A stretch of DNA of 64,000 nt from Lytechinus pictus (lineage: Eukaryota): contig NC_087245.1 in assembly GCF_037042905.1 (NCBI RefSeq), positions 25,732,001 to 25,796,000 of the forward strand. The letters are read 5' to 3'. Position 1 is the first letter of the stretch. Every line of letters starts with the position of its first letter. The position numbers and the translations under genes were made by a program. Of the stretch, positions 40,355-53,640 are shown piece by piece. The notes beneath the pieces are model-generated. The model was not told the origin of the DNA. It worked only from the letters and a program-made list of their open reading frames with translations, and made no database searches.

Positions 40355-41493
40355 AGGGATGATCCGGGCTGAAAATATTTATAAAAAATATCTTAATACA
40401 TAAAATAGAATTTACTGAGCAAAATGCCGAAAATTTCATCAAAATCGGATAACAAATAATAATGTTATTGAAGTTTAAAGTTTAGCAGTATTTTGTGAAA
40501 ACAGCGTCATTAATATTTAATAGGTGGGCTGATGATGTCACATCCCCACTTTCCGTTTTCTTATGTTATTACATAATTTTTTTTTTTCATTACTTCATAC
40601 TTGTGTGAATAATATGTCTCCCTTATAATGAAATAAGTTGCGGCAATAAATATCTAATGCACTAATTCAGTTGTCAATCCACTTTTTCTAGTTCTTGGAG
40701 GAAAAAATTTGAATAAACCTAATTTCATATAATAAAATACAAAAGAACAGGTGAGGATGTGACCCCGGGGGGGGGGGGGGGGCACTCGACCAAAAAAGTG
40801 GTAGGGGTGTGCCGCGGGCGAGGCAAAAAACGGGGGCCTTGGAGCGGGCTTATTGTAAAAAGGAGGGTCCTCGGAACGGGCTTCGGAACTACAAATGTTT
40901 GTGAAAACGGGGGTCCTCGGAACGGATCTCCGTATCTCTGTGAGTGCGTATGCATCCCTATGGAACGGGCAATCGTGCATGACGCAGCTAGCGCGGCCTC
41001 CGCCGGCTGCGCTCGCGCTTAGGCGATGGTCGAAAAGCGCTCTACGGCCGCTTTTCACCAAAATTGTGGCTGATCAATGCGACCGGAACGGCGTAACGAA
41101 AAATATGCGACGCTTTGGAGCGGATTTCTTTCTTCTTTTTTCTCGATAAGAAGGAAATGCTATGCCTTGGAGCGGCTTTCTTTGTTCTTTTTCTCAATAA
41201 GACAAAAAATGCTATGCCTTGGAACGGAAATTTGAGCGTGAAAATGGGGGTCCCCTCCGCGGCACATACCCACTATGCATTATATACTGAGTGCCCCCCC
41301 CCCCCCGGGGATGTGACATCTTCAGCCCACCTAATGAATATTCATGACGACTGTTTTCACAAAATATTGCTAAAATTTAAAATTCAATAACTTTGTTATC
41401 TGTTATCCGATTTTGATGAAATTTTCGGCACTCTGCTCAGTGAATTCTACTCTATTTATTAAGCTATAAATACTTTCAGCCCGGACCATCCAT
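40355..41493. mobile_element. Palindromic Kolobok-like element (TTAA TSD) with a nested insertion
   Basis: TTAA|AGGGATGATCCGGGCTGAAA ... TTTCAGCCCGGACCATCCAT|TTAA; long inverted arms. Confidence 0.85.
40764..41309. mobile_element. 546-bp non-autonomous element with poly-G TIRs and 8-bp TSD (hAT-like)
   Basis: GATGTGAC|CCCG(n)CACTC ... GAGTGC(n)GGG|GATGTGAC. Confidence 0.9.
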
Positions 41494-42419
41494 TTAAAAT
41501 GAAATAAAAATTATAACGATCAATCAACTTCGAAAATAGAATACGTTTTAGAAACGCAATGCCTTTACACAATAATAACTCGATGTTTTTTCATGTCGCT
41601 ATTTGATTTATCATAATTTTAAGCAATTTCATGCTTAGTAAATTAAGAGGCTTTTTTTATAGGAGGAAATTATAGTTTGTTAACTAATTTTTCGGCATTA
41701 CTCCTATTTGTTTAAGATCAGTATGCTCGATCTGGAATGGAAATCATAAGATCATAAGTCAGAAAAAATTGGAACCAGTGGGATTCGAACCTGCCATCTA
41801 CTGCTTCATTTCATGCTTGTTCAGCTTTCTATTATCGTTATTAAGGAAATAAGCATCCGTATCATCTTGCAGCACCTGCACTCGCACTATCTCACCATAT
41901 AGGCTTGATATGGTGAAAAAAGTGGCTTTATGGCCAACAAACTCATCACAGCTCTTCAGAATTATAAAGTTTTATTTGACCCTCAAAAGTACTATGGCAT
42001 AATCAAAATTAAGTTTGAACTAGAAAATTACAAACACATCATCAACTTATCTAAATTGGACTCTAATGATAATAATATATACATGCTTACATCGCGTTTG
42101 TCACTTACTTTATCAGAAGTCCCTCGTTGCTCCGTAAACTCCGTATATATGGTTGTTTATTGTCTAATTATCGATATGTTGTAGCTGAGGGAATAATCAT
42201 GTACGTATTTTTTTATTTATATGATAACGTCGTTGCCACAAAATTACGATTTATTGAAGCGCCTCAATTTTTTTTATTGTGCGTGAAATCTTTATGGGAG
42301 ATGTCCTTTTTTTCAAAACTGGATTCTTCATTCATGATTTTTAGTAGCAATATCTTCATTATTTCCTGTGCTCGCTGAGATTAAATAAATAATTGTTGTA
42401 ACCAAGTCTGTGGGCCATT

Positions 42420-42611
42420 CACTGTAAAAAACGATGTGCTAATGTAGCACTTACAGTGCTTGTATATCGTAACTGCACTACGAGTGCTGATTTTCTAGTT
42501 CAAATTTAAACTAGAAACCAGCACTCGTAGTGCAGTCACTATACAAGCACTCGTAGTGCAGTCACTATACAAGCACTGTAAGTGCTAAATTAGCACTTCA
42601 TTTTTACAGTG
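42420..42611. mobile_element. Palindromic CACTGTAAAAA MITE with a small internal tandem duplication
   Basis: CACTGTAAAAA...TTTTTACAGTG; AGCACTCGTAGTGCAGTCACTATACA occurs twice. Confidence 0.85.
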
Positions 42612-43139
42612 TTGGTACATTTCCGTCATTTATTTTAAATCAAATGCCGGAATCATGCCAAAACTTTACTTGCAAAATATGATTTAAGATTGCTATCATG
42701 AATAAAATTAGCGTGAATAAATATAAAGACCATAGTTTATTTTCTTGAAAGACTTCTATATAAACACACAAGGAGCAATGTATGTCATTAAGTCCAGTTA
42801 ATATTGAAGAATCAGGCATGAAACTGAGACAATTACAACAGCAATTAATTTCAATAGAACTTGCCTTATACATTATAACATAAGAAAGTTCTAAAGGAAG
42901 AAGAGGAATAGAAAGAATAATAAAACCTTTAAAAAAACATGTTCACATCTTCAGTAGATGATGAGCCAGTGGTTGTGGGTGAAGTATATATAGTAGGAGT
43001 AATATTAGTTGGAGGAGTGGAAATCTGAATAGAAGTAGAAGCAGTATTAGAGGAGTATAGTTCAGTAGTCATGGTAGTAATAGTGGTGGTGATAATGTGG
43101 TCGTTGTTGATTGTGGTGGTGAAAGCAGTGGTTGTGATG

Positions 43140-43200
43140 GTATAAGTAGTAGTAGTAGTTGTGGTTGTAGTAGAAGTATAAGTATAAGTAGTAGTAGCAA

Positions 43201-43242
<42 letters not shown>

Positions 43243-43292
43243 CAGTAGTAGCAGTAGTAGTAATAGTAGTAGCGGTGGTGGTAATAGTAGCA

Positions 43293-43353
<61 letters not shown>

Positions 43354-43380
43354 CAGTAGTAGTAGTAGTAGTAGAAGAAG
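43140..43380. repeat. (AGT)n microsatellite
   Basis: Direct. Confidence 0.95.
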
Positions 43381-43564
43381 AAAGAGCATTATTAGAATTA
43401 GTAGGACTGTTATTATTATTATTTTCATTACAATTAATACTACTATCTCTATTGTAATCATCATCATTATTTCAATATTACTCTATCATTATTGTCATTA
43501 TTATGATTACGTTCATATCAAATATTGCTTTCGTATAAAATAGGTAGATTTGTAATTTTATCTT

Positions 43565-45830
43565 CTACAGTTTCATACATTCAAAAAAAATATAGAGATT
43601 AATGGTCTTGTGGTTTGGAGCAATGACATGTTTAGCGTCGTTTCGGTTCATAAATGTATTACAGTCTTTGGAGTGAAAGTTTTTGATCCCTAACGTTATT
43701 TCATTTGTTTTGCTTTTAGTGAATAACCAAGGGCATTCAAAATGCTTTGTTCGATAAGTTAACAAAGGTATATCTACTACAATATTCCACAGTGGGATCT
43801 CACGTTTTCTAATTGCTGATTTGATTACCATGATATAAAGTAAACATGAAACAAAGAGGGTTGAGTTTAATACATATTTCTGTCATTTTGGTTAGTTCTC
43901 TATGTCTGCGTCAGTGCTATATTTCACAGCTTCACTTCTGTGGCTCTAGGTCATTCTATCTCCGTTGCTACAGTGTGAAAATCATGGTAAGTGAATTATG
44001 GAAGTCAATGCTATCTATCGCTGTCATCATTTTCCGTTCTGGTTGCTTGCAGCTATTGTTGTCACAAGCAAGATCAAGGAATGCCTTTGGCAACCGACGG
44101 ATGACTTACCACAACGGATGTTGATCATCTTTCATCTCCATATACATTACCTGATGATCAAGGGTCTGTCCACTTACCAAGTCTCAATATTTTTTTTTGT
44201 AGAAAGGTGAAATACACCCCCCGCGCCCGCATTCTCGGTCCTTGGATAAAACAAATCGAAACAGACTTTGATTAAATGGAAAACAAGGGCTATCATGGCC
44301 AAAATAATATCGTTTGATCACGGATCCACCAGTGCATAATTTAATATTTCATCATTGTAATTATCATAACAATTATTTTTTATCATTATCACTGCTTTTT
44401 TTACTGTTACGATTCATTAATTCAGGATTATTATCATTCATAGTGTTATTGTAAAAATTGTGTTTTGATTTCGACACTATGCGAATTATGATAAATGCCA
44501 TCAGATGCGGAATATATCCATACTTGCCATATCACAATGTCGCACAGTGTCTTCACAGTGTGTTCTCTAAGTGGACACAATGAACATGCGATTTATAATA
44601 CTCAAATGTATCAATTTGAAGATAATTTAAAACTGTGGAAACCTCCAACTGTGTTTATTGTGTGTTCATTGTAGATGAATAGAGGAATTCGGAAGGTTAA
44701 TTTTAAGCGTTTAACGAAAAAATATCATAATTGTGTTCCACAATGTGAGCACACGTTGTAAGACACTGTGGGACACTCTGTTCTTTCGACCGGGGCTATA
44801 AGTACAATAATCCATTACCATAATTACTGGTCACGCATAGCCTGTATAAAAATAAAATGTATATTCTCGAATATTTTGCATATTTTTGTTCTACTTGACT
44901 CAATCCGAAGGTCAAAACAATATTAAGTCTTTATATACACGAAGTGTTAGCAAGAGAGAGAGAGAGGATGATTTGCTTGAAATTAATATATACGTGTAAC
45001 TCCTGACTAAAGCATGACCCTTTTATCGACTTATCAGCAAAGAAGATCGGGGTGAGTTATGCTTGAGTTGCTTGTCCAACGGGAAATAAGCTCCACGCGA
45101 CTATAGTTCTTTAAGGTTCCGATATTAAGCAGATAAATTTGCAGTATAAATGCATCAACCCTCTGCCATGTCTGTCGAATACATGTATAGCATTATTAAT
45201 TGGTTGCCTTCGTAATGTTCATTTTTATGACGTTTGTAATCGAGAACTCTCGATTGAGGTTAAAATGATAATTCAAATGGCATTAAAAGGGTTTTTAAAT
45301 AATCAAAGACTAAGACTTCCCTCGGAATCGGATAAAAAATAGTAGGTATGGCCGTGATTCTTGAGTTAAGTTTGCCTATTTCTCTGCAACAGCTCTCCGC
45401 AGGTGATCATTTATATGCAATGCGCGGGTTTGATGATCCAAGTTTCACCTTGTTTGTATTCTGAACTACAATGATTCTCTGTTCTGTTCAAAGAATACCA
45501 AATCACTATCCATTGCCCATTTATTTAATGAGATCATCTCTAACGTTTGCCCCCCCCCCTCCATATTCAGATGGCCCCTTCAACCGATAAAACAAAGTAA
45601 ATAGGCCTACTTTTTTACACTTGAATAGTATAGATCGGAAAAAAACTAAGAAGAAATTCTAGAAACCAACAATGAAGCAATGAAAAACGGAAAAAAAAAT
45701 AATATTAAGAAGACTTGTTGGCGACGAGATTAAACCTGTCTCTGATTATCGATACCGTAAACGCGTTAGCAGAGTATGAGGACGAAGCCTCTGGTGACTT
45801 TGTGATTCGTAAAGTGTTTCTTAGAATGAC
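43565..45830 (-). pseudogene. Decayed Mab-21/cGLR-like gene, copy 9
   Basis: WSLFPVG..A*LTPIFFADKSI (~45020-45100); AIRKREIPLWNIVVDIPLL (ORF 43565-43831, cf. C-terminal L..R.IP.YF...NLL). Confidence 0.4.
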
Positions 45831-46347
45831 ACTTATATCAACTGCCTGAGGGTGTATCATTAAGTAATAAGGATTTCACGCTCCTCAAGATGATCGCAGA
45901 TTACTTTTATGTAAATGCTATCAAGATGGATGTATTATACGCTTGTTTTAGATTAATTCGAGATTCTCCTTTTAAGTTGAAATTAAACCTACTCAGAAGA
46001 GATGCTCGGCGAATAAAGGTTTGGTGTTGTGCTTCAGATTATACATGCTTGCTTTGTCCAAATAGAAATAAGATAATATAAGGCGAAACATATTCGTATA
46101 GGAGACTGATTGATATAACTAGGAATAGTGTAAAACATAGAGAAATGAGCGTTTAAGGGGGGTACTTGGGCCTCCAACTGGTTTAGGATTAACGAGTAAG
46201 TCTTTATGCATTCCAACGAAATAGGAGTTAATATAACCAACGAAATATGGGTTTTTTGTGAAACAGTTGTATGAAGTTTAAAATAAAAAATATAAAAGAT
46301 GAGCTAATAAGTCAGCCCAATCCATCTTTTCTTATTTTCTTATTTGA

Positions 46348-48791
46348 TTTTTGTCTCACCTGCGAAGCAGAGTGAGACTATAGGCGCCGCTTTTCCGACG
46401 GCGCACAGTGGGCCGGGGCGAAACAAAAGTGCGCCAAAAGTCATTTTGGGCAATTTCAGATTTTTAATTTTTGTCATGCCCAGCTGAAAGACAACACTTT
46501 GAAGAATACTTCAGCAAAATATTTCATTCGGGAATTTGCATAAAGGTTGTTAATTTCCTACCTCAAATCGTAAAATGTGAAATTTTGCGAAATGCCGCGT
46601 GTATGACAACTTAGTTGAAAAACAAGCAATTTCACGGGAGGTTTTTCATGGAGGAATCTGAAATGGCACCCACATAATCCTGATATATTCTTTTTTTCGT
46701 GTGAAATGGTTCAAATTAGAAAAAAGACGATACCAGCTGCCCGTTTTTGCCCGTTTTCATGTTAGAGCCGATTTTACTTGGCACAACACCCCCAAAACCT
46801 ATTAAAAAACGGTCATTTTTATACCGCGCAGTCATCGCAGCGCACCGTGTGTGGTGTACATCGCCGTTCATTTTTGCACGGCGAGGACGATTCCCCCTTC
46901 CATTCCATGAAAAAGACATGAATTCCTGGCATAATGCAAACAAAATAAAAGTTGATAACGCATATAAGGGCTTCCCGCCCCTCTTCCAGAGATAAAATTT
47001 ACTTGTAGAATAATTTCAGCCAAAAGCCCTCCTCACAGTAAAACATTCGTGGTCCTATATACTCTGCGTTTTACCCAAGTCTACACCGCTTGATAAAGCA
47101 CGGTTAATATTTTTCAGATTTTTAAGTATTTTTTTAATCAAATGATCACTTTGATGCCATATAATTATTTTCAGGATCCCATACACACTTGTTAGGCATG
47201 TGAGAAGCATAAACCAACATTCACTCTGGTCAATCTTAAAGTAACACATAACACAAAGTTTATATACTACACATTGTTTAGCGTAATTTGTCTTTTCACA
47301 GATAGGTTTTAAGTAGCCAATCAAAATTTGGTATCAAAGTGACGTCATATCGGCTTTAAATTATGTTCAGTCGATTCTACGCCTAAAATTACCCTTAATC
47401 AGCATGTTTAAGTAAAAATATAACACGGAATATAATTTTGGCGCACTTTCAACTCATTCTGGCCCACTGTGCGGCGGCGGCGGCGTCAACGCCAAATCGT
47501 AACCCAAGGTTAAGTTTTTGAAATGACAACTTAGAAAGTATATAAACCTAGTTCATGAACTTGGACATAAGGTTAATCAAGTATTACTAAACATCTTGCC
47601 TGAGTTTCAGGTCACATGACCAAGGTCAAAGGTCATTTAGGATCAATGAACTTAGACCATGTTGGGGGAATCAACATCAAAATCTTAACCCAAGGTTACG
47701 TTTTTGAAATGACAGCATAACTTAGAAAGTATATAAACCTAGTGCATGAACTTGGACATAAGGTTAATCAAGTATTACTAAATATCTTGCCTGAGTTTCA
47801 GGTCACATGACCAAGGTCAAAGGTCATTTAGGGTCAACGAACTTAGACCATGTTGGGTGAATCAACATCAAAATCTTAACCGAAGGTTAAGTTTTTGAAA
47901 TGTCGTCATAACTTAAAAATATATATATATGGAATTAGTTCATGAAACGTGGAAATAAGGTTAATCAAGTATTACTGAACATCCTGCCTGAGTTTGAAGT
48001 CACACGACCAAGGTCAAAGGTCATTTAAGGTCAATGAACTTTGGCCATGTTGGGGGTATAATTTGAATTACCATCATAACTTTAAAAGTTTATGGATCTG
48101 GTTCAGGAAACTTGGACACATAAGTAATCAAGTATCACTTAACATCCTGTGTGAGTTTCAGGTCACATGACTAAGGTCAAATGTCATTCAAGGTCCATAA
48201 ACTTTGGCCATGTTTGAGATATTTGTGGAAATACCACCATTACTCTGTAAGTGTATTGGTCTAGTTCATAAAACTTGGACATAAGAGTAATCAGGTATCA
48301 CTAAACATCCTGTGCGAGTTTCAGGTCACATGGCTCAGGTCAGTGGACTTTGGCCATGTTGGTGTATTTGTTAAATAACCATCATAACTCTGAAAGTGAA
48401 TAGATCGAGTTCATAAAACTTGGACATAAGAGTAATCAAGTATAATTAAACATCTCATGCGAGTTTCAGGTCACATGACCAAAGTCAAAGGTCATTTAAG
48501 GTAATTGAACTTTGGCCATTTTAGAGGTAATTATTAGATTGCTGTCATAACTTTCAAAGTTTATAGTAAAGTTTATAAAATGTGGATGTAGGGGTAATCA
48601 AGTATCACTGGCGAGTCTTTGGTCGTATGATCAAGGTCAAATGTCATTTAGGGTCAATGAACGAAGTATTGTATCATTATATGAATGGTGTTTTTTGTGA
48701 ATAATAATTTTATAGTAGTTTTCAAAGTCAGCACTGCTGCAATATTGAATCGTGCGATGTAGGTGAGACTGTCAGAGGCGCTCCATTTGTT
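46348..48791 (+). mobile_element. Helentron-associated (HINE/DINE-like) element with a central ~180-bp tandem array
   Basis: SubTIRs GTCTCACCTGC / GTAGGTGAGAC, T-rich insertion site, (GGC)n tract, and 6-7 units containing GGTCACATGACCAAGGTCAAAGGTCA at ~47500-48665. Confidence 0.8.
46404..47471. mobile_element. Transib-type non-autonomous transposon with 5-bp TSD
   Basis: CGGCG|CACAGTGGGCC-N11-AAAGTGCGCCAAAA ... TTTTGGCGCACTTT-N11-GGCCCACTGTG|CGGCG. Confidence 0.85.
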
Positions 48792-48880
48792 TTTCTTGCA
48801 TATGTAAAGAAAAGTCCCCTAACTGAGTTTGAACATAAAAGTGCCATCAAACATCCATTGGTAAGTAAAGTTAACATATA

Positions 48881-49159
48881 GGCCCGTATTCTGAAGTCGG
48901 GTTTAACTTAAACTCAGGTTTAAAGTTGTGGATAGCCAATTGTTACATAAATCATTAACGGTAGAGATATCATATTTCAGCTCATTTGGCTCTCAAATCA
49001 TTCATAATTGCCTAAGAAGTATAAATAGATCGTTGTCTTCACCATCGATTTATCAGGAAAGAGCACAGTAAACATAAGAAACATAAAACTTGGCTTCCCA
49101 TAATTTTAGCACAGAGTTAGACCATGGTCTAAGTTAAACCTGACTTCAGAATACGGGCC
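48881..49159. mobile_element. MITE with 3-bp ATA flanks (Harbinger-like)
   Basis: GGCCCGTATTCTGAAGTCGGGTTTAACTTA / AAGTTAAACCTGACTTCAGAATACGGGCC. Confidence 0.85.
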
Positions 49160-49277
49160 ATAGAGTCTCACAAAGTTGTAAAACCATGATGTCAAATCCT
49201 GTATATTGTGCTGATAACTAGAGGTACGAAGATTATATAATTAGATGGTATCCAATCAGTATACGCCTATTTGAAAA

Positions 49278-49322
<45 letters not shown>

Positions 49323-49383
49323 AGGGTGTGTGTGTGTGTGTGTGTGGGTGTGTATGTGTGTGTATGTTTTGTGAGATTATACA

Positions 49384-49503
49384 TGCACAACAGCTTTGGC
49401 AACTCTACGGCATCACCAATTTTTCCAAAGGCCAGAAAGCTCTGGGGAACCTTGATTTAAGCTACACCTACCATTGTTCTCTTCATCCATTTCTTCACAA
49501 ATC
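49384..49503. repeat. Internally deleted relative of the 35.4-36.7 kb palindromic element
   Basis: Left terminus ACAACAGCTTTGGCAACTCT fused to right terminus CGGCATCACCAATTTTTCCAAAGG...CATCCATTTCTT; adjacent to (TA)n/(TG)n. Confidence 0.85.
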
Positions 49504-49873
49504 ATATATAATGATTTCCTCTTTAATATACAGACATAATACTTACTACACAAATGTGCTGATGCAAATCTTTCTTTGTCCCATATTTGGAACCACGTGA
49601 AGGTAGAGCGAAATTATCAACAATTATCTGTTGTCTCTCATTGACAGTGTGTTATAAATAGTTGTTCTTAATATATACCTTTGAGTTAAATATCAATAAT
49701 TAAGGAAATGAAATAGCATGTGAAGTTACTTATACAGAGAACTATTTCCAAATCTTGAAGAACCCTAAAATGTATAAAATACGTGACAGAGATATGTTCT
49801 TAAATACAAAGAGTTTTATTACACAAAACAGTACAGTATGAGCTTTCTATTCATAGATCTTTAGTACACAGAA

Positions 49874-50080
49874 TCATGAGGTGTAAGTTGATAAAATGTA
49901 TAGACATGATAGACGAAAGGAGATAACATACCAAAAGCAATATATACTCATGTAATTTAGACGCATGTTCCTACAGTTCACGCCTCTAGACTGACAAATA
50001 GAGACGAAAATCAATGTCTGTACACTGTGAATGAAGTTACGAGGTACGAGTCCTGTCATGGCATGGATGTTTTTATATTC
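49874..50080 (-). pseudogene. Possible cGLR-like remnant (copy 10)
   Basis: TGLVPR....QTLIFVS; a single weak motif. Confidence 0.25.
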
Positions 50081-52699
50081 ACTTGGAAATTCCTATCGAG
50101 CACAGTGAGCATGGTAAAGTAATGTTGAGACTATCATACAAATTAAATAGGGAGACTATTGATGTACAAATACTATGATGAAAATGAAGTTGAAACCAAA
50201 GTGAAAATGACAATTAACAATACAATTTTTATTATATTTAATAAAATAATTTCACAAACAAAATTTTAAAAAATATGCACAAGACATAATACCTATACAC
50301 GTCCTTACTAGTTAAAATAAGGCCCTGCCATTTCGAAATGGCAAAAAACATTGCATTCAATTAATATAAAATAATACGTTTTATAATTCGGAAAAATAAA
50401 GAAGAAGAAGAAAATTAAACAAACAACATTAAAATAAAAACCCGCACCCACATGGCTGATAATACTAACGCTCCTTTGATTGTTTGGATCGAAAACAAGA
50501 TGCCAACGAACTTTTTGAGAAATAGGCTAATCTAAAATTAGATATATAAAAATCGTAGAAATTTGTCAATACCATCCCATGAATATGGGATGAGGCACCA
50601 TTTGCTGCTCCAGCAATACACAGAACGGTGTATTTGAAATCAAACAGATAACTGGTGTATGCATAAAGTATTAAGACGCATAAAAACAGATATTTTAAGA
50701 GTTTCGTCGATATTTCTAAGTGTTAAACCAGGTCGACCGTATGCGTTGCTTTACTGAAGTGACGTCACTGGTGGGAATGGTAACGAATTTGATATGCGAA
50801 GAAAAACAGAGCAGAAAATACTAGATTTCCAACGAAAGATCACAGGAAGCGATATGTCATTACATTAATCTAATCAAAATCGGTATTAGGAAATAAATTT
50901 GTATTCCTTGTTTACTGATGTTTACTGAGAGTATATGTACATGTAGGCCTATATATTTCGGCGCTTTATTAATTGTTAATTTGTTACATGGAATTTGTTT
51001 ACGTGGAAATACGGTAAGTACAAGTAGTTAAATAAGATGCGAGTCTCAAATGCGTAAATGGCATATCGATATAAAAATCAATTCACCTGTCAGGGGCGAT
51101 GTAGGCGTATTACTGACGTTCAATTTACTATTCGTTAAAACAGAAAAAAACGCCGAAATCAATTGGAAAATGTACATTATGAATAGACATAGTACACAGA
51201 TGTGCGAGGAGGGTGGGTAAAACAATGAGAGATTGGGGAGTTAAAATGATTTTTTGTTCTGAGAAGGGAAAATCCGTCAAATATGTTTGTTTTGTCGATA
51301 TCTTTCAGGCAATTTTGTGTGCTTGCACGTACTAAATATATTCATTTATATTAATCATGTGAACTGAACAAGAATTACACTGATCTATACACTTTAAACG
51401 AGAATCGTCGACGCTTTATCATGTTAGAGACAGATGAAATATTGTAAAGCTTAGAGTCTTCTCTTTTATCTGGTGTAAATTATATGATTCCTTATTCATG
51501 CAAGGGTGTGAAACAAATATTCTGAAGAAAGGATGAAAAAAATATTTTGTGGACATGGTGGACGGTATTTGAGATTCAAAAGAAATATCACATGTCTCGA
51601 AATTTCCATATAAAAAAATCTTCAATAATCAAAGAAATGATCAAGGAATAAAAAGGTTATTTATGTTTTCATAAAATGATCTTGATTTCCAAAAAAAATC
51701 ATTAAATGTTTACAGATTATCTGTCAGACCTACTTATCACTGAGTTTTCGTTGACGATTGACCATGCATTGAGTATTTTGTTAACCATTTAAGGTGTACG
51801 TTTGTTATTCCATGGTAATTCCCTTCGATTGAGGTATTTAACTAATAACACTAATGTGAACATTTTTAGACATCTGATATGACTTTTGAAATTCAGATAC
51901 TGCCAACCAAGACAGTGATTTCAAATTATTATTCAAATTATTTTACTAACTCATTCCTGCATGATACAGCTTTTAGTTATTACTACGCGAAAGAAGAAAG
52001 GCTATGCTTTACGATTAATATTATTTATTTAACATAATCGATAAACTAAAGTGGAGGATAGTCCGGTTTAGTAAACAATTTTTTTTTTTACAACGGAGCC
52101 GTCCACGAATAAAAAATAACATAAACATGATAAAACAAATAGCAAACATATACATGGTAAATGAATTTATAGCAGAAAATGAATATATGATGAAATCGAT
52201 TACATACCATATATTAAAACTGAAAGTTTCGTCTATTGTATTTGTGATTGCTAAAGAACTTAGATAATTTACGGTTTCGTTTTTTTATCTGGGACGCACT
52301 GTTGTATAAGATCAATGCTTATTCTGAGCACTAACTATTTCATTCCCTATTTCTTGTAAAAACATTTCAATTAAACGTTGATTTGTTTTCTGTGGCCACT
52401 ATGCTCCTGTGATGCACCCCCTTTCATCTCTTAATAAGAGATTCGCATTTTCAAATGTTCATGAATTTATTTATTTAGTTTAGCTTGAAAATTATCAGTA
52501 TGGTGCTGCACTCGACCATGGTGTGTTCCTGGCAGAGATTTATTCTTTGAACGTGTGTATTAGATGCTCTGTTAAAGATCGGTTCATTGTGTTGTGTGAA
52601 ATGTAGAGCGTAAAGTAACATCTGTTACAATGTAAGTGTTATTCACATGCTAGTATAAGGCTCATATGTCAGAATACTTACTGTAATTATATTAAGCTG

Positions 52700-53640
52700 T
52701 AAGCAAACTTCAATTTTATTTTTAACTGAATGATGAAAAATGAATGTAACCAGTTGTAAAGCATCAATATGTTACTTTATACCAAAGTTTTCATAATTGT
52801 TCCAACTACGTTACTTCTGGAAATGATTTACTTAAAAATTTCTTGATGAAACATAATTTAAGCTATCAGTACTTTGTGAAATGAACAGCTTTATTGAAAA
52901 TATTGGTATTGTTCGGACACATTTCTTTCCATACTGCATGCTGTAATGGTATCGTACAAGTTGCAGTTCTTTGTCGAGCAGTTCTAGTGAACACTTAAAA
53001 ATAATCAGAATATCCAGTCACTGTTGACGTCATGTAATTTACATTTCGGCAGCAACCAATAGGCAACCATAATCGATGTCCATCCACGACCCTAGTTCCG
53101 TTGTATGACTTCCAAACCATTTTCGACATACCTTGGGTATTTCTTTTTTTACTCCGCTTGACTTTACTAGGAAAAGAAGATGCTGTAAAATTAAGCGCTA
53201 AATCGGTTGAGGTTATTTGGTAACCTCGTCTGGCTGAACAACTATCATTAGGGGAGTGAAAGAGTGTCGTTTGGTTTGAGCTGCCAGCAGTTGCATGAAA
53301 GGTGGAAACAAATCCAGAAAAGATTTGCCTCGGAACGATAACAAAATAGGGTCTGGTTGATTCCTCGATGTAGCACGTATGTTGGTTTGCTTCTACCCTG
53401 TTCATTTTGCTTCTCTGGCGTCCACAGGAAGAAAGCGCGCGCAAATGTGTGTACTTTGTGGTACACACGATCCCACATACACGTGGCGTTACTGACAAAA
53501 AGTAAGTTGGTTGGAAGAAAGGAGATCGTGTGGGTTGTATTCATTTGGGCGAGAGATAACTAGCAAACCAATTTTGATGTATAAGCGCCGTTATTCACCC
53601 ACGTCTCTATTGCAAAAAAGATTAATAAGATCCTGAATTG
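52700..53640 (-). pseudogene. Apparently intronless Mab-21/cGAS-like pseudogene, copy 11 (best motif retention)
   Basis: WVNNGAY, then frameshift to GLLVISRPNEYN (53534-53569; cf. MAB21L1 GLEVISPTEFE, cGAS KISAPNEFD); ITSTDLALNFTASSFPS (cf. ISVDITLALESKSSWP); LWLPIG; SLELLDKEL..KKCVR..IKLFI..LNYVSS; CFTTGYIHF. Confidence 0.7.

Noticed and set aside
40654..41390. Several overlapping GC-rich ORFs
   Set aside because: They lie within a non-autonomous TE and show no transposase motifs
41770..41805. GGGATTCGAACC B-box-like tRNA fragment
   Set aside because: No A box or cloverleaf; probably a SINE relic
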